From the human T2T-CHM13v2.0 reference genome, Homo sapiens: a stretch of 64,000 bases of DNA. Each line of letters starts with the position of its first letter. Within the stretch, counting starts at the first letter, position 1. Under the pieces are notes generated by a model. It worked only from the letters and a program-made list of their open reading frames with translations, did not search any database and was not told the DNA's origin. The DNA is taken from assembly GCF_009914755.1 (NCBI RefSeq), contig NC_060938.1. One strand, written 5' to 3'. The position numbers were made by a program, and so were the translations under genes. Positions 28,215 through 42,530 of the stretch are shown piece by piece.

Positions 28215-28455
28215 ACACTTTGGTCTGCAAGGTGGGCTGATCACCTAAGGTCAGGAGTTTGAGACCAGCCTGGCCAACATGGTGAAACCCTGTCTCTACT
28301 AAAAATACGAAAATTACCCGGGCATGGTAGCAGTTGCCTGTAATCCCAGCTACTTGGGAGGCTGAGGCAGGAGAATCACTTGAACCTGGGAGAAGGAAGT
28401 TGCAGTGAGCTGAGATTGTGCTCTTCACTCCAGCCTGGGTGAAAGAGTAAAACTC

Positions 28456-28457
<2 letters not shown>
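28215..28457 (+). mobile_element. AluS-like, 5' end damaged or truncated
   Basis: GATCACCTAAGGTCAGGAGTTTGAGACCAGCCTGGCCAACATGG...CCAGCCTGGGTGAAAGAGTAAAACTCC. Confidence 0.9.
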
Positions 28458-28458
<1 letters not shown>

Positions 28459-28491
<33 letters not shown>

Positions 28492-28510
28492 GCACATACA
28501 CACACACACA
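28459..28510. repeat. (CA)n microsatellite in place of the Alu tail
   Basis: CA run directly after the Alu 3' end. Confidence 0.95.
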
Positions 28511-28713
28511 AAAGCACACGATTGAGGTCCTAATGAAAGAGTATGGGATGGGTGGAAGGAAGCATGGGGGATGGGCAGCTTGAGGGACAACTTCAATATG
28601 TGGTCTTGGAATAACTAATACTTTCGGATAAAAATAGAACAGTTGCCACTGGAGTGAACTCCAAATATATTAAAAATTTAAGTGTAAAAAGTTGAACCAT
28701 AAGAATATTATTG

Positions 28714-29381
<668 letters not shown>

Positions 29382-29774
29382 TTATGTGAATATGGAATAG
29401 AAAAGCATTTGAAACACAAAGACAGGAATACACACATACAGACACACAAACACGCACCCATAAAGGAAGTAATATTTTAAAATCCTTAAGTGAGGTTAGA
29501 AGGAATCATTTATTAATATACATGATTTATGATATTTGTCCTTAATAAGATGTCATAATTTATTATGTTTCCTTTATTTTTCCTTTTACAAAGTGACTTG
29601 ATACTTAAAAGGAAATAGAAATATTCTTTTTTGATAATACATAATTGTATTTTTCATTCAAATTAAAAAGAAAGCAATAGCCCCTATCTTCCTTGATTTA
29701 TTAGTGAGGACGAGTATCTTTTCCTAAAGTTACATGTTTTTCTTCTTCTTGGCTAGCTGCATTACCTTGCAACC

Positions 29775-29779
<5 letters not shown>

Positions 29780-29821
<42 letters not shown>

Positions 29822-29908
29822 CACACATATATATATACACATACATACATGTATATATATACACATATATATGTATGTGTGTATGTGTGAATATGTATAT
29901 ATATATAT
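29780..29908. repeat. Compound (TG)n/(TA)n/(TACA)n microsatellite
   Basis: Seen directly. Confidence 0.95.
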
Positions 29909-30330
29909 AAAATATGTGGTTTTGTCCCAGTATATTCTATGGGATCACAGAATGCACTAATTACTGTGATTTTTTTTTTTGCTTTTAATATTTTTGGTAT
30001 TTTGTAGCCTTCTCTTTGTGTCAACAAAATTATCGATTTAATTTTTCCTTATAGATGAACCTTTGTTATTTCTGCTTTTCTGCTGTTTAAATAACACTAT
30101 GATGCACATCTTTTGTATATTAGACAATTTTATGGATTTTGTCAAAATATACTTTAATTAGGACAGTAAATTATTGGTGCATACATAATGTTTGTACATT
30201 TTACAGTTTTGATCATTATTTCCAGCTGGTTGTTAAGACAGACCTTCTCGAGCACCTGCAGTATAGTGCATGAGAAGGCATGTTTCCTTATGCTGTTGCA
30301 ATTTGCATAAGCTCTTTTTAATTAATATTC

Positions 30331-30623
30331 TTTTTTTTTTTGAGACAGAGTCTCACTCTGTTGCCCAGGTTGAAGTGCAGTGGCACAATCTCAGCTGACT
30401 GTAACTTCTACCTTCTGGTCTCAAACTATTCTCCTGCCTCAGCCTCCCAACTAGCTGGGACTACAGGTTCGTGTCACCACACCTGGCTAATTTTTGTATT
30501 TTTTGTGGAGTTGGGGTTTTGGCATATTGGCCAGGCTGGTCTCGAACTCCTGGCCTCAAGTGATCCACTCACCTAGTCCTCCCAAAGTGCTGGGATTACA
30601 AATGTGAGTCACCATACACAGCC
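30331..30623 (-). mobile_element. Alu (S/J-like), full length
   Basis: Poly-T then GAGACAGAGTCTCACTCTG...CCCAAAGTGCTGGGATTACA; TAATATTC on both flanks. Confidence 0.92.
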
Positions 30624-32065
30624 TCAAGTAATATTCCTTTCTAGCTTTTCTAGTTGATCACCACTAGAATGTAAGCTACATGAGAGTAGGGAATAAAAGT
30701 TGCAGACGTATAGCAAGCTTTCGGTGAGTACTGCATGATTAAATAATGGTTAGTAAAAATTTTATGTTATTCCTAATGAATTGTGATTGATATAAGAGTA
30801 TAAAATCATTATTATATATTTCTCCTCAGTTATTTCTCTTTAATCTTACATGCATTTTGTAAGACTGTGTAGAAATATGTACTTTTATGTAGTAGAATTT
30901 GGTGTGCTTTTTCTTTATGACTTCTGGGCACTGAGTTAGCTTAGAAAGGACTGCCATTCTTCATGACAACTTCAGGAAAATTTTCTTTCTTATTTTCTTT
31001 TGACTTTTTAAAAAATTGAATTTTAAAGTTTGAAATCATTAATCTGTATGAAAATTTGGTGTATGGTATAAGAAGTGGTTCTAGTTTTTTTAATTCCAGT
31101 GGATAGCAATTTTCTCACAGTCTGATTTGTCTTTATTATATTCATGAATCTGTTTTGAACTCTTGGTTTGATTGTTGTTAATTTGGTTATCTTATCATTT
31201 TAGTAATTATAGCATGATACCTGCTAAGGCCAAATTTCTATCATTATTCTTGCAAATGTATTTTTCCTGAAGAAATTTAGAATTCTCTCTTCATGTCATT
31301 AAAAAAACCCATTGGGATGCAGTTGAATTTTCCAGTGAAAGAACATGGCAATTTATTTATTTAGGTCAAATTGTTTCTTACATAAACCTGGAATATTTCC
31401 TGCTAAGTCTGTTCCCAGGCCTGATGTGTATGTGTGTGTGCATGCACTCATATATTTATATGTATACACACATATACATGTATATAAATTAATTTTCCCC
31501 AATGTATACTATTTATTGTTTTCTAACAAGTATATTGTTTCTATATAGTAAATATGTTAATTTCCATAATACTTATTTTATGTCACCTTACTGATATATA
31601 TTATTTTTTAAAATGTTCGATGTTATGTTATTAAGATTTTTAAATCTTTTCCTTTTTAGTAATTACAGATCATTTTCCCCTTACCTTATTGCCTTGATAT
31701 GACTTGCACAAAAAAAATGCTCAAAACTTGTAGTAAATAAAGGATATGTTTTTGTTTTTCTGTACTTTTATGGGGATACTTCTGTGCTTCCTGTTATTAT
31801 ACCTCTGTGCTTCCTGTTATTATCATCAAACATCCTGTATAATGTTTGTTGCTGGTTTCTGATAGAATATTTTACAAAATTTTGTTCTGTCATTTTTTTA
31901 AAAAATCAAGATTATATTACATTTTGTCAAATGCCTTTATGGTACTTATCAAAGTGATCATAGAAGCTTTTTTAGTTGTTAACATAAATAATAATGTGCA
32001 GATATTTATATTGACAAAACATTAAATTCTTGGGGTTAAATCTTCTTTTTGATAAAAAAAGATTG

Positions 32066-32858
32066 TTTTTTATTATACTTTAAGTTCTGGGGTACATATG
32101 CAGAATGTGCAGGTTTGTTACATGGGTATACACGTGCCATGGTGGTTTGCTGCCCCCATCAACCTGTCACCTACATTAGGTATTTCTCCTAATCCTATCC
32201 CTCCACTAGCCCCTCATCCCCCAACAGCACCTGGTGTGGGGTGTTCCCCTCCCTGTGTCCGTGTATTCTCATTGTTCAACTCCTACTTATGAGTGAGAAC
32301 ATGAGGTGTTTGGTTTTCTGTTCTTGTGTTAGTTTGCTGAAAATGATGTTTTCCAACTTCATCCATGTCCCTGCAAAGGATATGAACTCATCCTTTTTAA
32401 TGGCTGCATAATATTCCATGGTGTATATGTGCCACATTTTCTTTATCCAGTCTATCATTGATGGACATTTGGGTTGGTTCCAAGTTTTTGCTATTGTGAA
32501 CAGTGCAGCAATAAACATCCACTTGCATGTGTCTTTGTAGTAGAATGATTTATAATCCTTTGGGTATATGCCCAATAATGGGATTGCTGGGTCAAATGGT
32601 ATTTCTGGTTCTAGATCCTTGAGGAATTGCCATACTGTCTTCCACAATGATTGAGATAATTTACACTCCCACCAACGGTGTAAAAGCGTTTCTATTTCTC
32701 CACATCCTCTCCAGCATCTGTGGTTTCCTGACTTTTTAATGATCACCATTCTAACTTGCATGAGATGGTATCTCATTGCGGTTTTGATTTGCATTTCTCT
32801 AATGACCAGCAATGATGAGCTTTTTTTCTTATGTTTGTTGGCTGCATAAATGTCTTCT
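32066..32858 (-). mobile_element. 5'-truncated L1PA (about PA7-8) 3' end with ORF2 C-terminus and 3'UTR
   Basis: ORF 32276-32812 encodes the L1 ORF2p C-terminal Cys-rich region (RCWRGCGE..TLLHRWWEC..MWHIYTMEYY). 13-bp TSD ATAAAA(A/G)AAGATT at 32052-32064 and 32859-32871. Confidence 0.93.
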
Positions 32859-33316
32859 ATAAAAGAAGATTTTTACATCTGATTTTGTAATATATTACTT
32901 AGGTATTTTAAAAAATCATCCGGAGACCAAAGTTGTGCTGTCATCTTTTCATACTTTCTGGTTAGGTTTTGCATTTGGGTTGTGAGACCTTTGAAAAAGA
33001 AATGTTATGTTTTACTATGTGTTGGAATGCTGTAAATAAAACAGAAAACTTTAATACAACCCTTCATTTTGTTCAAATGCCATTTCTGAGGAAAATTTTT
33101 TGACAGTGCTTTCAATTTATTCTGTAGTTATCGAGTTGATCCAGCTTTCGGGCTTCATTATTTATTTTTTCCTAGGAAACTTAACATTTTATTAAGATTT
33201 CAAGCACGTTCCAGTGGTTTTCAATGCATTCTGTTGATTTGTATCTGAAGTTCTGTCTTGTTTCTCAGTGCTATTAATATACAATGTTTTCTCTAGCTCC
33301 TTGCTGTGCATACTAG

Positions 33317-33690
<374 letters not shown>

Positions 33691-34344
33691 TAACTCTTTT
33701 CTTTATATCTGTCTTTGCTTTCATTTAGTGGAATACTTAGCTTTCACACTTGTTTAATTACAAATGCATGTAAGAATGTGTGGCTTTCTTTTAAATTTCT
33801 TTCACCTTCCATGGACATCATGTATGTCATATTGGCATTTATATTAATTTCTTGATTGTCTATAATACATTTTAATAACTTCAATATCCTGACTTATTTA
33901 AATTTGGGAGGTAGTCTGGGTTTCATTTTTTTATTTTTTTATATTTACAGATGTACGTATTTTATATTTGCAGATGCTAATTTCTAGTTTGATCCATTTT
34001 TATCACAATATAGAACCTGTTAACCTTTTTAGTGTAAAATTTGTTAAAGATGTTTGCTTGCTAGTTTGGTCAACTTTGGCAAATATATGAAGGAAAAGAA
34101 TAGCTATATGGAAAGGATTTTTAAAAATGTGTGTATGTTCCTCTACAAGTTTATAGATAAACTTAAATATTCAAAGTGACTATTCCTAAAATAAGATAAT
34201 CATTAAAGTTAATTGTAATAGGTAATAAATCAATAATATGAAGTCTTTACTATGGACCAGCCTTTTTGCTGTGCACTTTCATGTATTATCTCTTTAATCA
34301 TTGTGAAGCCCTATTAAGAAGTAGGTACAAATATTAACTCTTTT

Positions 34345-34631
34345 GTTGTGGGGGATAGGGTCTCACTCTGTCACCCAGGCTGGAGTGCAGTGACCTGATC
34401 TTGGCTCACTGCAAGCTCCACCACCTGGGTTTACACCATTCTCCTGCCTCAGCCTCCCGAGTAGGTGGGACTACAGGCGTCTGCCACCACGCCCAGCTAA
34501 TTTTTTGTATTTTTAGTAGAGACAAGATTTCACCATATTAGCCAGGATGGTCTTGATCTCCTGACCTCGTGATTCACCTGCCTAGGTCCCCCAAAGTGCT
34601 AGGATTACAATAGTGAGCCACGGTGTCCGAC
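34345..34631 (-). mobile_element. Alu (Y/Sc-like)
   Basis: Reverse Alu body with GCAAGCTCC and CCAGGATGGTCTTGATC; TSD AATATTAACTCTTT on both sides. Confidence 0.92.
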
Positions 34632-34713
34632 TAATATTAACTCTTTTTAAAGATTAGGAAAACTAAAGCTCAAAAACTTGTATCCAGAAACTAAACAGGA
34701 CATTTAACAGATT

Positions 34714-34718
34714 TGTGC

Positions 34719-34749
<31 letters not shown>

Positions 34750-34752
34750 TGT
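34714..34752. repeat. (TG)n microsatellite
   Basis: Seen directly. Confidence 0.95.
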
Positions 34753-36379
34753 ATTTCGGGGATTTTTCTGTGTTCTATACCTAATAAAGAACACAAGTAT
34801 GTCTTTCTTACTGGTTCACAGGATGGTCTTCTTATTTTTGTTTCTAGCACATAGCACTGTGCTTGCAACATTGGGATTCCCAGTAAACTGAATTCAATGT
34901 AAATTATTAAATGTTTGATGAAATTTTTATTCCATTATAGCCTTTGTCTCTTCATATAAGACAATTCTGTACGTTTATATGACATTCAAACTTTTCTTTC
35001 ATATTCTTTAAGTCATAATAGTATAAGATTGCGATTTTGTTCATTTTACTCTTTAGGAATCTCTTGCTCTGTTCAGAAGAATGCCAACACTTCTTTTGTA
35101 TAACCTGTTACCATCAAGTCTTTAATAGTTAGAAAATGACTTGATATTCTGTAACAATAGTGTCACCTGAGAACTGTCAAAAATTGAAAGATTATACCCA
35201 GAATGAATTGATCAGTCAATTGCCATATTAAAAAATAGATTATTCTTATTAGTGAATAATGTCAGCAAAATCCAATTCAGGAAAATAAGCGCAGTATAAA
35301 AAAATAGATGTCTGAAAATGTAAAGAAGTAAGTAGCCAAAGGCCTAACTAGATTAATTGAATGTGAATACTCCCTGCAGCAATGAAATAGACAAAAGCAA
35401 TAATGTCCATAACATTTAGGAGCATTGATGGAGGGATGTTGTTCTATACACAGACTTTATTTCTAGGGGAAGCAAAGATAGTCATTAATAAATCAGAACC
35501 ATTTCTAAGCATCAAATTGCCACATTAAAGGCAAATTAACCTGTATGAGTCATCATTCCAGGGGCTCACTTTTGATGAAACAATGAAGTGACATCATCTC
35601 TAGAATACAGCATTATAATTTTGGAAGTCAGGGAAAATTTGGTAGATTTTTTTAAAAGGCAATAAAATGAGAAGATTTGTTGTAATTTTTAGCTTCCAAA
35701 AATTCACTTAACAGAAATTACTCACTGCCTGAGCATGCAAGATGGATGAGGCTTCATTAAAGCAAACTGAAGGAAAAAGTTAAGCTTCCTTCTGGAGGGA
35801 TAAATCAATGTTACTCATCCTTATAAGCTGGACACTTAATTCTGTGAACCTGACAGATACTTATGACATAAAGTTGACCCCAGGGGGTCCAGTGCAGTGA
35901 GTGTTTGTGAGTCCAATGAGTTACAAGGCCTAGGGTTCAATTTCCTGCAGATTCTTGTGAGCAACAGGTAAACCGTCAGTTGTGATTGGTGGTTCTGGCA
36001 TGCGGAAATAAAATTTCCATTTAAGTATTGCCTTTTGAAAGGCAAGTCTGTATATTAAAGAATAAAATCAACTCAGTTAAAACAGGATAATAGAATGAAA
36101 AATTTGTTTTAGTTGTCCAAAATTAAAAATGTTGCTATTCAACAATAATTGTAAAATAAATTAAAATTATGAAAATAATGCCTATGAAATTGTTTTGGAA
36201 TGTAGACATGGAACAAAGCTAAGGAGAAAAAAATATTTAGCTGATGTTCTTAATATTGCCTGTCAATTATCAAAATTGCTTTATTTAAAAACATTTTATT
36301 CAGCTATCTCTATTTTACTATGTACAAGATAGTTGCCATAGATACAAAGATAGTAGGCATTCCCAGTGTTCTTTATTCC

Positions 36380-37400
36380 TCTGTATGTACTCACATTTCC
36401 ATCTGTCAACATTTTCCTCCCATCTGAAGTCTTTCTGTGACATCTCTTGCAATGCAAGTCTGCTGGTGATGAATTCTTTTAGCTTTTGCATATCTTTAAA
36501 AAGTTTTCAATACCCCTTCATTTCTAAAAGATATTTTTGCTAGGTATAGAATTCTAAGTCAACAGTATTTTTCTCTGAGTATTTTAAAGATATTGCTCCA
36601 TTGTTTTGTGGCCCACATTGTTTCTGATGAGAAGTGTGCTGTAGTTTTTAATCCTTATTCTTTTATATATAATGTGTTTTTTTCCTTTGGATGATTTTAA
36701 TATTTTCTTCCTGGTTTTAAGCAATTTAGTGGTATTGTATGTTTTCTGTGTGTGTGGGTACATTGAGTTTCTTGAACATGTGGTTTTATAGTTTTTTCAT
36801 CATATTTGGACTATTTGCTGCCATATTTCTTTAAATAGTTTTCAGCAACTGCCCCCTTTCTTTGGAGATGCCAGTTAACACATATATTAGGCCATTTAAA
36901 GTAGTTCCCCAGATCACTAAGCCCGGTTCATAATTTCTCAGTATATTTTCTCTTTGTGTTTCATTTTAGACAGCTTATGTTGCTTACTCTACAAGATTAC
37001 TTTTCCTTCTGCAGTAGCTATATTAATCTCATCCAGCGTACTTTTTTCTTATTTCATACTTTCCATCTCTGGAAGTTTGATTTGAGTAATTTTTATATAT
37101 TCTATATCTCATGTTTAGTCTTTCCTTAACTTTTTTGAGCATTTGAAATATAGTTATAATAATAAGTTTTAGTATTCTTGTCTGCTATCTGTGTAATTTT
37201 AGGGTTTGGTTTTGTCTGGTTTATCATCTGTGTAATTTCAGGGTTTGGTTTCATTGTTTTTTTTTTTTCCTTCATTAGGAGCAGTATTTTCTGTTTTCTT
37301 TGCATACCTAGTAATTCTGAATCATTGTGAGTTTTATATTGATCGACTACCAGTAACCATGAGTTTTATCTTGTTGGATGCTGGGTATTTTTGTGTTTCT
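36380..37400 (-). mobile_element. Ancient L1M fragment; probably continues in pieces to about 39500
   Basis: T-rich L1M-type motifs (GATATTTTTGCTAGGTATAGAATTCT, TTGTTTCTGATGAGAAGT). Bounds approximate. Confidence 0.6.
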
Positions 37401-37406
37401 GTATAT

Positions 37407-37903
37407 TAGCCTTCTCCAACTTTTTTGGCACCAGGGACCAGCTTCATTGAAGACAATTTTTCCACAGATGTGGGTCTGGGAGTGATTTCAGTGTGACTCA
37501 AGTGCATTACATTTATTGTGTACTTTATTTCTATTATTATTACATAATCACCTTAATGTAGGATCAGTGGGAGCCCTGAGCTTGTTTCACTGCAACTAGA
37601 TGATCCCATGTAGTGGTGATGGGAAACAGTGACAGATCATCAGGCATTAGATTCTCATAAGGAGCATGCAACCTAGATCCTCGCATACTCAGTTCACAAT
37701 AGGGTTCATGATCCTATGATAATCTAATGCTGCCGCTGATCTGACAGGAGGTGGAGCTCAGGAAGTAATGCAAGTGATGGGGAACAACTATAAATATAGA
37801 TGAAGCTTTGCTTGCTCACCAGTATTTACCTCCTGCTGTGTAGCCTGGTTCCTAACAGGCCATTAATGGGTACTGGTCTGTGGCCTGGGGTTGAAGACCC
37901 CTG
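37407..37903. mobile_element. MER1A hAT-Charlie DNA transposon
   Basis: CCAACTTTTTTGGCACCAGGGACC...GGCATTAGATTCTCATAAGGAGC...GGGGTTGAAGACCCCTG; degenerate 8-bp TSD CTGTATAT/CTATAGAT. Confidence 0.88.
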
Positions 37904-37989
37904 CTATAGATAGTATTGTTGAGCTTCATTTTGTTATACAGTTAAATTACTTGGAAACATTTTGATCTTTCAGAGGCTTATTTTTAAGC

Positions 37990-38295
37990 TTTTTTTCCTT
38001 TTTATTTTTTGAGACAGAGTCTCACTCTGTCACCCAGGCTGGAGTGTGGTGGTGTGATCTCGGTTCACTGCAACTTCTGCCTCCTGGGTTGAAGTGATTC
38101 TCCTGCCTCAGCCTCCCGAGTAGCTGGGACTACAGGTGCCCAGTTCCATGCCTGGCTAATTTTTTTGTATTTTTTAGTAGACACGGGGTTTTACCATGTG
38201 CCCAGGCTGGTCTTGAACTCCTGAGCTTCAGGCAATCCACCCACCTCAGTCTCCCAAAGTGCTAGAATTACAGGTGTGAGCCACTGCGCTTGACC
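37990..38295 (-). mobile_element. AluS-like, full length
   Basis: Poly-T plus reverse Alu body. Confidence 0.92.
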
Positions 38296-38479
38296 CTAAA
38301 CCTATTTTTTAGGTGAGATCATAGCAGCATTAAATCTTGGGCTTATTTTTTCCACTATTGAGACAATACCCAATCCATAACTCTTCTCAGTGCCTATGAA
38401 TTATGAAGTTTTTCCTGCTAACTGATGATAAAAACAGCTATTTCTTCCCTATGCTAACTTCAGGGATTATTCCTTGTAA

Positions 38480-38698
38480 TGCAGTTTCTCAACTTTAGAA
38501 CTATTGACATTTATGTGCTGGATAATTGTTTCTAGAGGGGAGGGGACTGTCCTGTATATGATCAGATGTTTAGGAGCATCCCTGGCCTCAGTACTGTAGG
38601 TGGTGGTGACATCCTTTAAATTGTGACAATCAAAAAATGTCTCCAGATATTGCCAGTGGCTCCAAGCGAGTATAGTTGCTCTCAGTTAAGAACCACTG
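38480..38698. mobile_element. MER20 hAT-Charlie DNA transposon
   Basis: TTCTCAAC...ACTATTGACATTT...GCATCCCTGGCCTC...GTGACAATCAAAAAATGTCTCCAGATATTGCCA...TAAGAACCACTG. Confidence 0.85.
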
Positions 38699-40284
38699 CT
38701 CTAATCCTTTCTCATGGTTTTCTTATATGCATGCCATGGCTAAAGACTGCTCAGGACTCAAGTGAGACCTCCTACCATCTCCCAAATTCTGTATCTGCCC
38801 CCCTTTCCTCTTCTATAGGCTTCCCTGAGAACTTTAGTCAGTTGACCTCCCTGGATTCTCAGCTCTGTTTTCTCATCTCAAGGAGACCACTGAGTTTTGC
38901 CTATGTTTCTTTTTCCCCATCACAGCCTGGAAACTCTAGGCTGTAATGCTGGTGCAATCATAGGTTCACATTGCTTCCTGTCTCTCAAAAATCTCTGCCC
39001 CTTGTTGCTTAATGTCCGGTATATTTGAAAACTATTGTTTCATTATCCTTTATTTTTATTTATTTTTAGTCTTTAGTTTTTTCAGGTGGATCCCTGTTAA
39101 CCTCATCTTGGTCCTCATCCTTATTCTTGAAAGATACTTTTGCTGGATACACAATTTTGGACTGGCTTTTGTTTTTTCTAAGCACTTTGAAAGTATTTGA
39201 ACTATCTTCTGGTGTCCACTGCTGCTGTTATTCAACTGTCAATCAATTTTCTTCTTTCCTTTCTGATGATCTGTCTTTTTTGCTCTGAGCACTTTTAAGA
39301 TCTTCTCTTTGCCTTTGCCATTTTGCAGTTCTGCTATGATGTAGTAAGCATAGGTTTCTTTTTATTTTTCCTTGTTCCTGCAGGATATATCAGGCTTCCT
39401 GATATATTTTTCCTGAAACTTTAGAGTCTTTCTCTCATCAGTTCTCAAAGATTTACAGCCATTATCTTCTTAGGTATTTTACCACATTGATGTTGTTTAT
39501 TTTTTCCACTTTGAAAGTCTTATTCGATACAAAAAGCATGAACCACAAAGGAAAAAACATTAATTGAGGTCATTAAAATTAGGATCCTTTATTGAGCAAA
39601 AATCACCAAGAAGGAGAGTGAAAGGGTAAGCTACCAAAAGGGAGAATGTATTTGTAGTACATATAACTGACAAAAACTTGGGTCCAGTATATTATAAATA
39701 GTTCTTACAAATTAATAAGAAAAAGACAGATGCAACAGAAAAACATGCAAATATCTTGAGGAGGCATCTCACAAAGAGACACACATGCCCAATAAACACA
39801 AAATGGTTTCAGTCTCATTCATTATAAGGCAAATGATCATTTCAACCACAGAATATACCACTATACATTCAGAACGGCCAAATTTAAACGAATAATATAA
39901 AATGCCTGGGATCATGTTAGACAGCTAGAACTCACATATGTTGTTGGTGGAAGCATAATTGAAAAACATTACTAATGTTGAATGTACTTACTATATAACC
40001 CATGACCCAGATGTTCTACTCTTAAATATACTTATGTTCTACTCTTAAATATACTTAACTAACATTATATATATATATATATGTTCATCAAAAGATATGA
40101 AACATTTATTCCAGAATTATTTATATTAGCCAAGAACTAAAAACAACCCAGATGACCCTCAAAGGCAAAATGGGAAAACTAAGATATTTATATGTTGGAA
40201 TACTATATAAGAAGGAAAATTAATTACTTCTACCATCAGTAACAGCATGGGTGAATTTCACTAACTTAATATTGGAATAAATGA

Positions 40285-40608
<324 letters not shown>

Positions 40609-40626
40609 TAATGTACATTATACAAT

Positions 40627-41141
40627 TGCTGAGACCTTCTCTGTTGGGGAGACCCTAACCCAGCGGCACTGGAGGAATTAAAGACACACACACACAGAAA
40701 TATAGACATGTGAATTGGGAAATCAGGGGTCTCACAGCCTTCAGAGTTGAGAGCCCCAAACAGAGATTTATCCACATATTTATTAGCAGCAAGCCAGTCA
40801 TTAGCATTGTTTCTATAGATATTAAATTAATTAAAATTATCCCTTATTGAAAACAAAGGGATGGGCTGAATTAAAGGAATAGGTTGGGCTAGTTAACTGC
40901 AGCAGGAGCACAACCTTAAGGCACAGATGGCTCATGCTATCGTTTGTGGCTTAAGAATGCCTTTAAGAGGTTTTCCATCCTGGGCAGACCAGGTGTTCCT
41001 TGCTCTCATTCCGGTAAACCCACAACCTTCCAGCGTGGGCATTACGGCCATCATGAACATGTCACGGTGCTGCAGAGATTTTGTTTATGGCCGGTTTTGG
41101 GGCCTGTTTATGGCCAGATTTTGGGGGGCTTGTTCCTAACA
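40627..41141 (-). mobile_element. MER9 solo LTR (HERV-K9/HML-3)
   Basis: The reverse complement reads TGTTAGGAACAAGCCCCCCAAAATCTGGCCATAAAC...GGGTTAGGGTCTCCCC...GGTCTCAGCA, with TG...CA termini and about 515 bp, matching the recalled MER9 consensus. Confidence 0.9.
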
Positions 41142-41355
41142 GCAATTATATAATGAATTATATAATTGGAATCCTAATTATATAATTTTCAAATAGAGGC
41201 AAAGATTGACACCTTGTTGGGTATAGAGGGCATGATGACTAGGAAGGAGCATAAGTGGGGGCCACTGTAGTTTGGTTAATGCTGTATTTCTTGTTTGGGG
41301 GTTGTTTATGTGGGCATATTCATGTTTGAAATTTTTTTTATGCCTCAAAAGACTC

Positions 41356-41483
41356 TTTTTTTTTTCAAGGCAGAAGAATTTTTCTTAGTACAGAACAAAA
41401 TGGAGGCTCCTATGTCTACTTCTTTCTACACAGACACAGTAACAATCTGATCTCTTTCTTTTCCCCACATTTCCCCCTTTTCT
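41356..41483 (-). mobile_element. Short SVA SINE-R / HERV-K(HML-2) PPT-U3 fragment with poly-A
   Basis: Reverse complement: AGAAAAGGGGGAAATGTGGGGAAAAG...GTACTAAGAAAAATTCTTCTGCCTTG followed by A10. Confidence 0.85.
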
Positions 41484-41599
41484 TTCTACTATAACTTATG
41501 ATTTGTACTTTTTGTATATGTTATAGTCAATACAAAAGTTTGATTTAAAGCTGACACTAGTTGCCATTTTAGAACTTCCATTTCAGTAAACAGCAAATA

Positions 41600-42010
41600 T
41601 TAATGATATAAACATAAAAATGCACATATGCTTATAAATTATGGACATGTATGAAGGCAAAGAACAAGGTGCTATGGGATCGAGTCACTGAGAGATCTGC
41701 TTTTATGAGATGTTTTGGCCAGACCTCTATGAGAAAGAGTTGTTCAAGTTGAGTGAGGTGGAGCGCAGTGTAAAATAAGGTTGGAGAGGCATGCAGGAAT
41801 TTTAGGACATCCTGGAGAGTTTAGTCTTCATCCCAAGATTGATGGGCAACTTTAGAAGGGCTCTTAAGGGGTTAATTGAGTAATTAAGTTTTAAAAATAA
41901 TTATTCTGGCTACACTGTGAATTGTGGACTTGAAAATGGACCAGAATTGAATTCCAGTGAGCCATTTAAAGACTACTGCAGTGCTCCAGGCAAAAAATGA
42001 TGGCATCCAT
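41600..42010 (-). mobile_element. Diverged L2 fragment; continues after MER58A and the Alus to about 42800
   Basis: GACTACTGCAGTGCTCCAGGCAAAAAATGATGG and later GGAATCAAGGATGATTTCTAGGTTTTTGG are typical L2 motifs. Confidence 0.6.
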
Positions 42011-42019
42011 GATCTAGAC

Positions 42020-42181
42020 CAGGGACCTGCCAGCTTTTTATGTAAGAAGTGTGTGTTCTACCTACTAAACTTTGCCATTGTAGCATGACAGCGGCCATAA
42101 ACAATGCATGAATGAACAAGTATGGCTGTGTTCCAGTAAAACCTGATTTACAAAAACAGATATTGTAGTTACCAATCTCTG
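42020..42181. mobile_element. MER58A-type hAT element, internally deleted
   Basis: CAGGG...GGCTGTGTTCCAGTAAAAC...TCTCTG flanked by 8-bp TSD ATCTAGAC/ATCTAGAG. Confidence 0.8.
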
Positions 42182-42236
42182 ATCTAGAGTAAAGAAAAAA
42201 TTTAGGTATATTTTGGAAGTAGATTTAATAGGATAT

Positions 42237-42530
42237 GGACTAGGTGCAGTGGCTCTTGCCTGTAATCCCAGCACTTTGGGAGGCCGAGGTGGGTGGATCA
42301 TGATGTCAGGAGTTCAAGACCAGCTTGGCCAAGATGATGAAACCCTGTATCTACTAAAAATACAAAAAATTAGCTGCTTGTGGTGGCAGGCACCTGTAAT
42401 CCCAGCTACTTGGGAGGCTGAGGTAGAGAATTGCTTGAACCCAGGAGGCAGAGGTTGCAGTGAGCCCAGATTATGCCACTGCACTGCAGCCTGGGTGACA
42501 GAGTGAGACTCTTATCAGAAAAAAAAAGAA
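42237..42530 (+). mobile_element. AluS-like, full length
   Basis: Dimeric Alu with A-tail. Confidence 0.92.

Noticed and set aside
35057-35125. Possible exon after the acceptor-like TTTTACTCTTTAG
   Set aside because: No convincing donor site or recognisable peptide, and the frames I read close quickly.
40627-41483. A HERV-K provirus formed by the MER9 LTR and the nearby LTR5-like fragment
   Set aside because: They belong to different families (HML-3 versus HML-2/SVA), there is no internal gag/pol sequence, and old L1 sequence lies between them.
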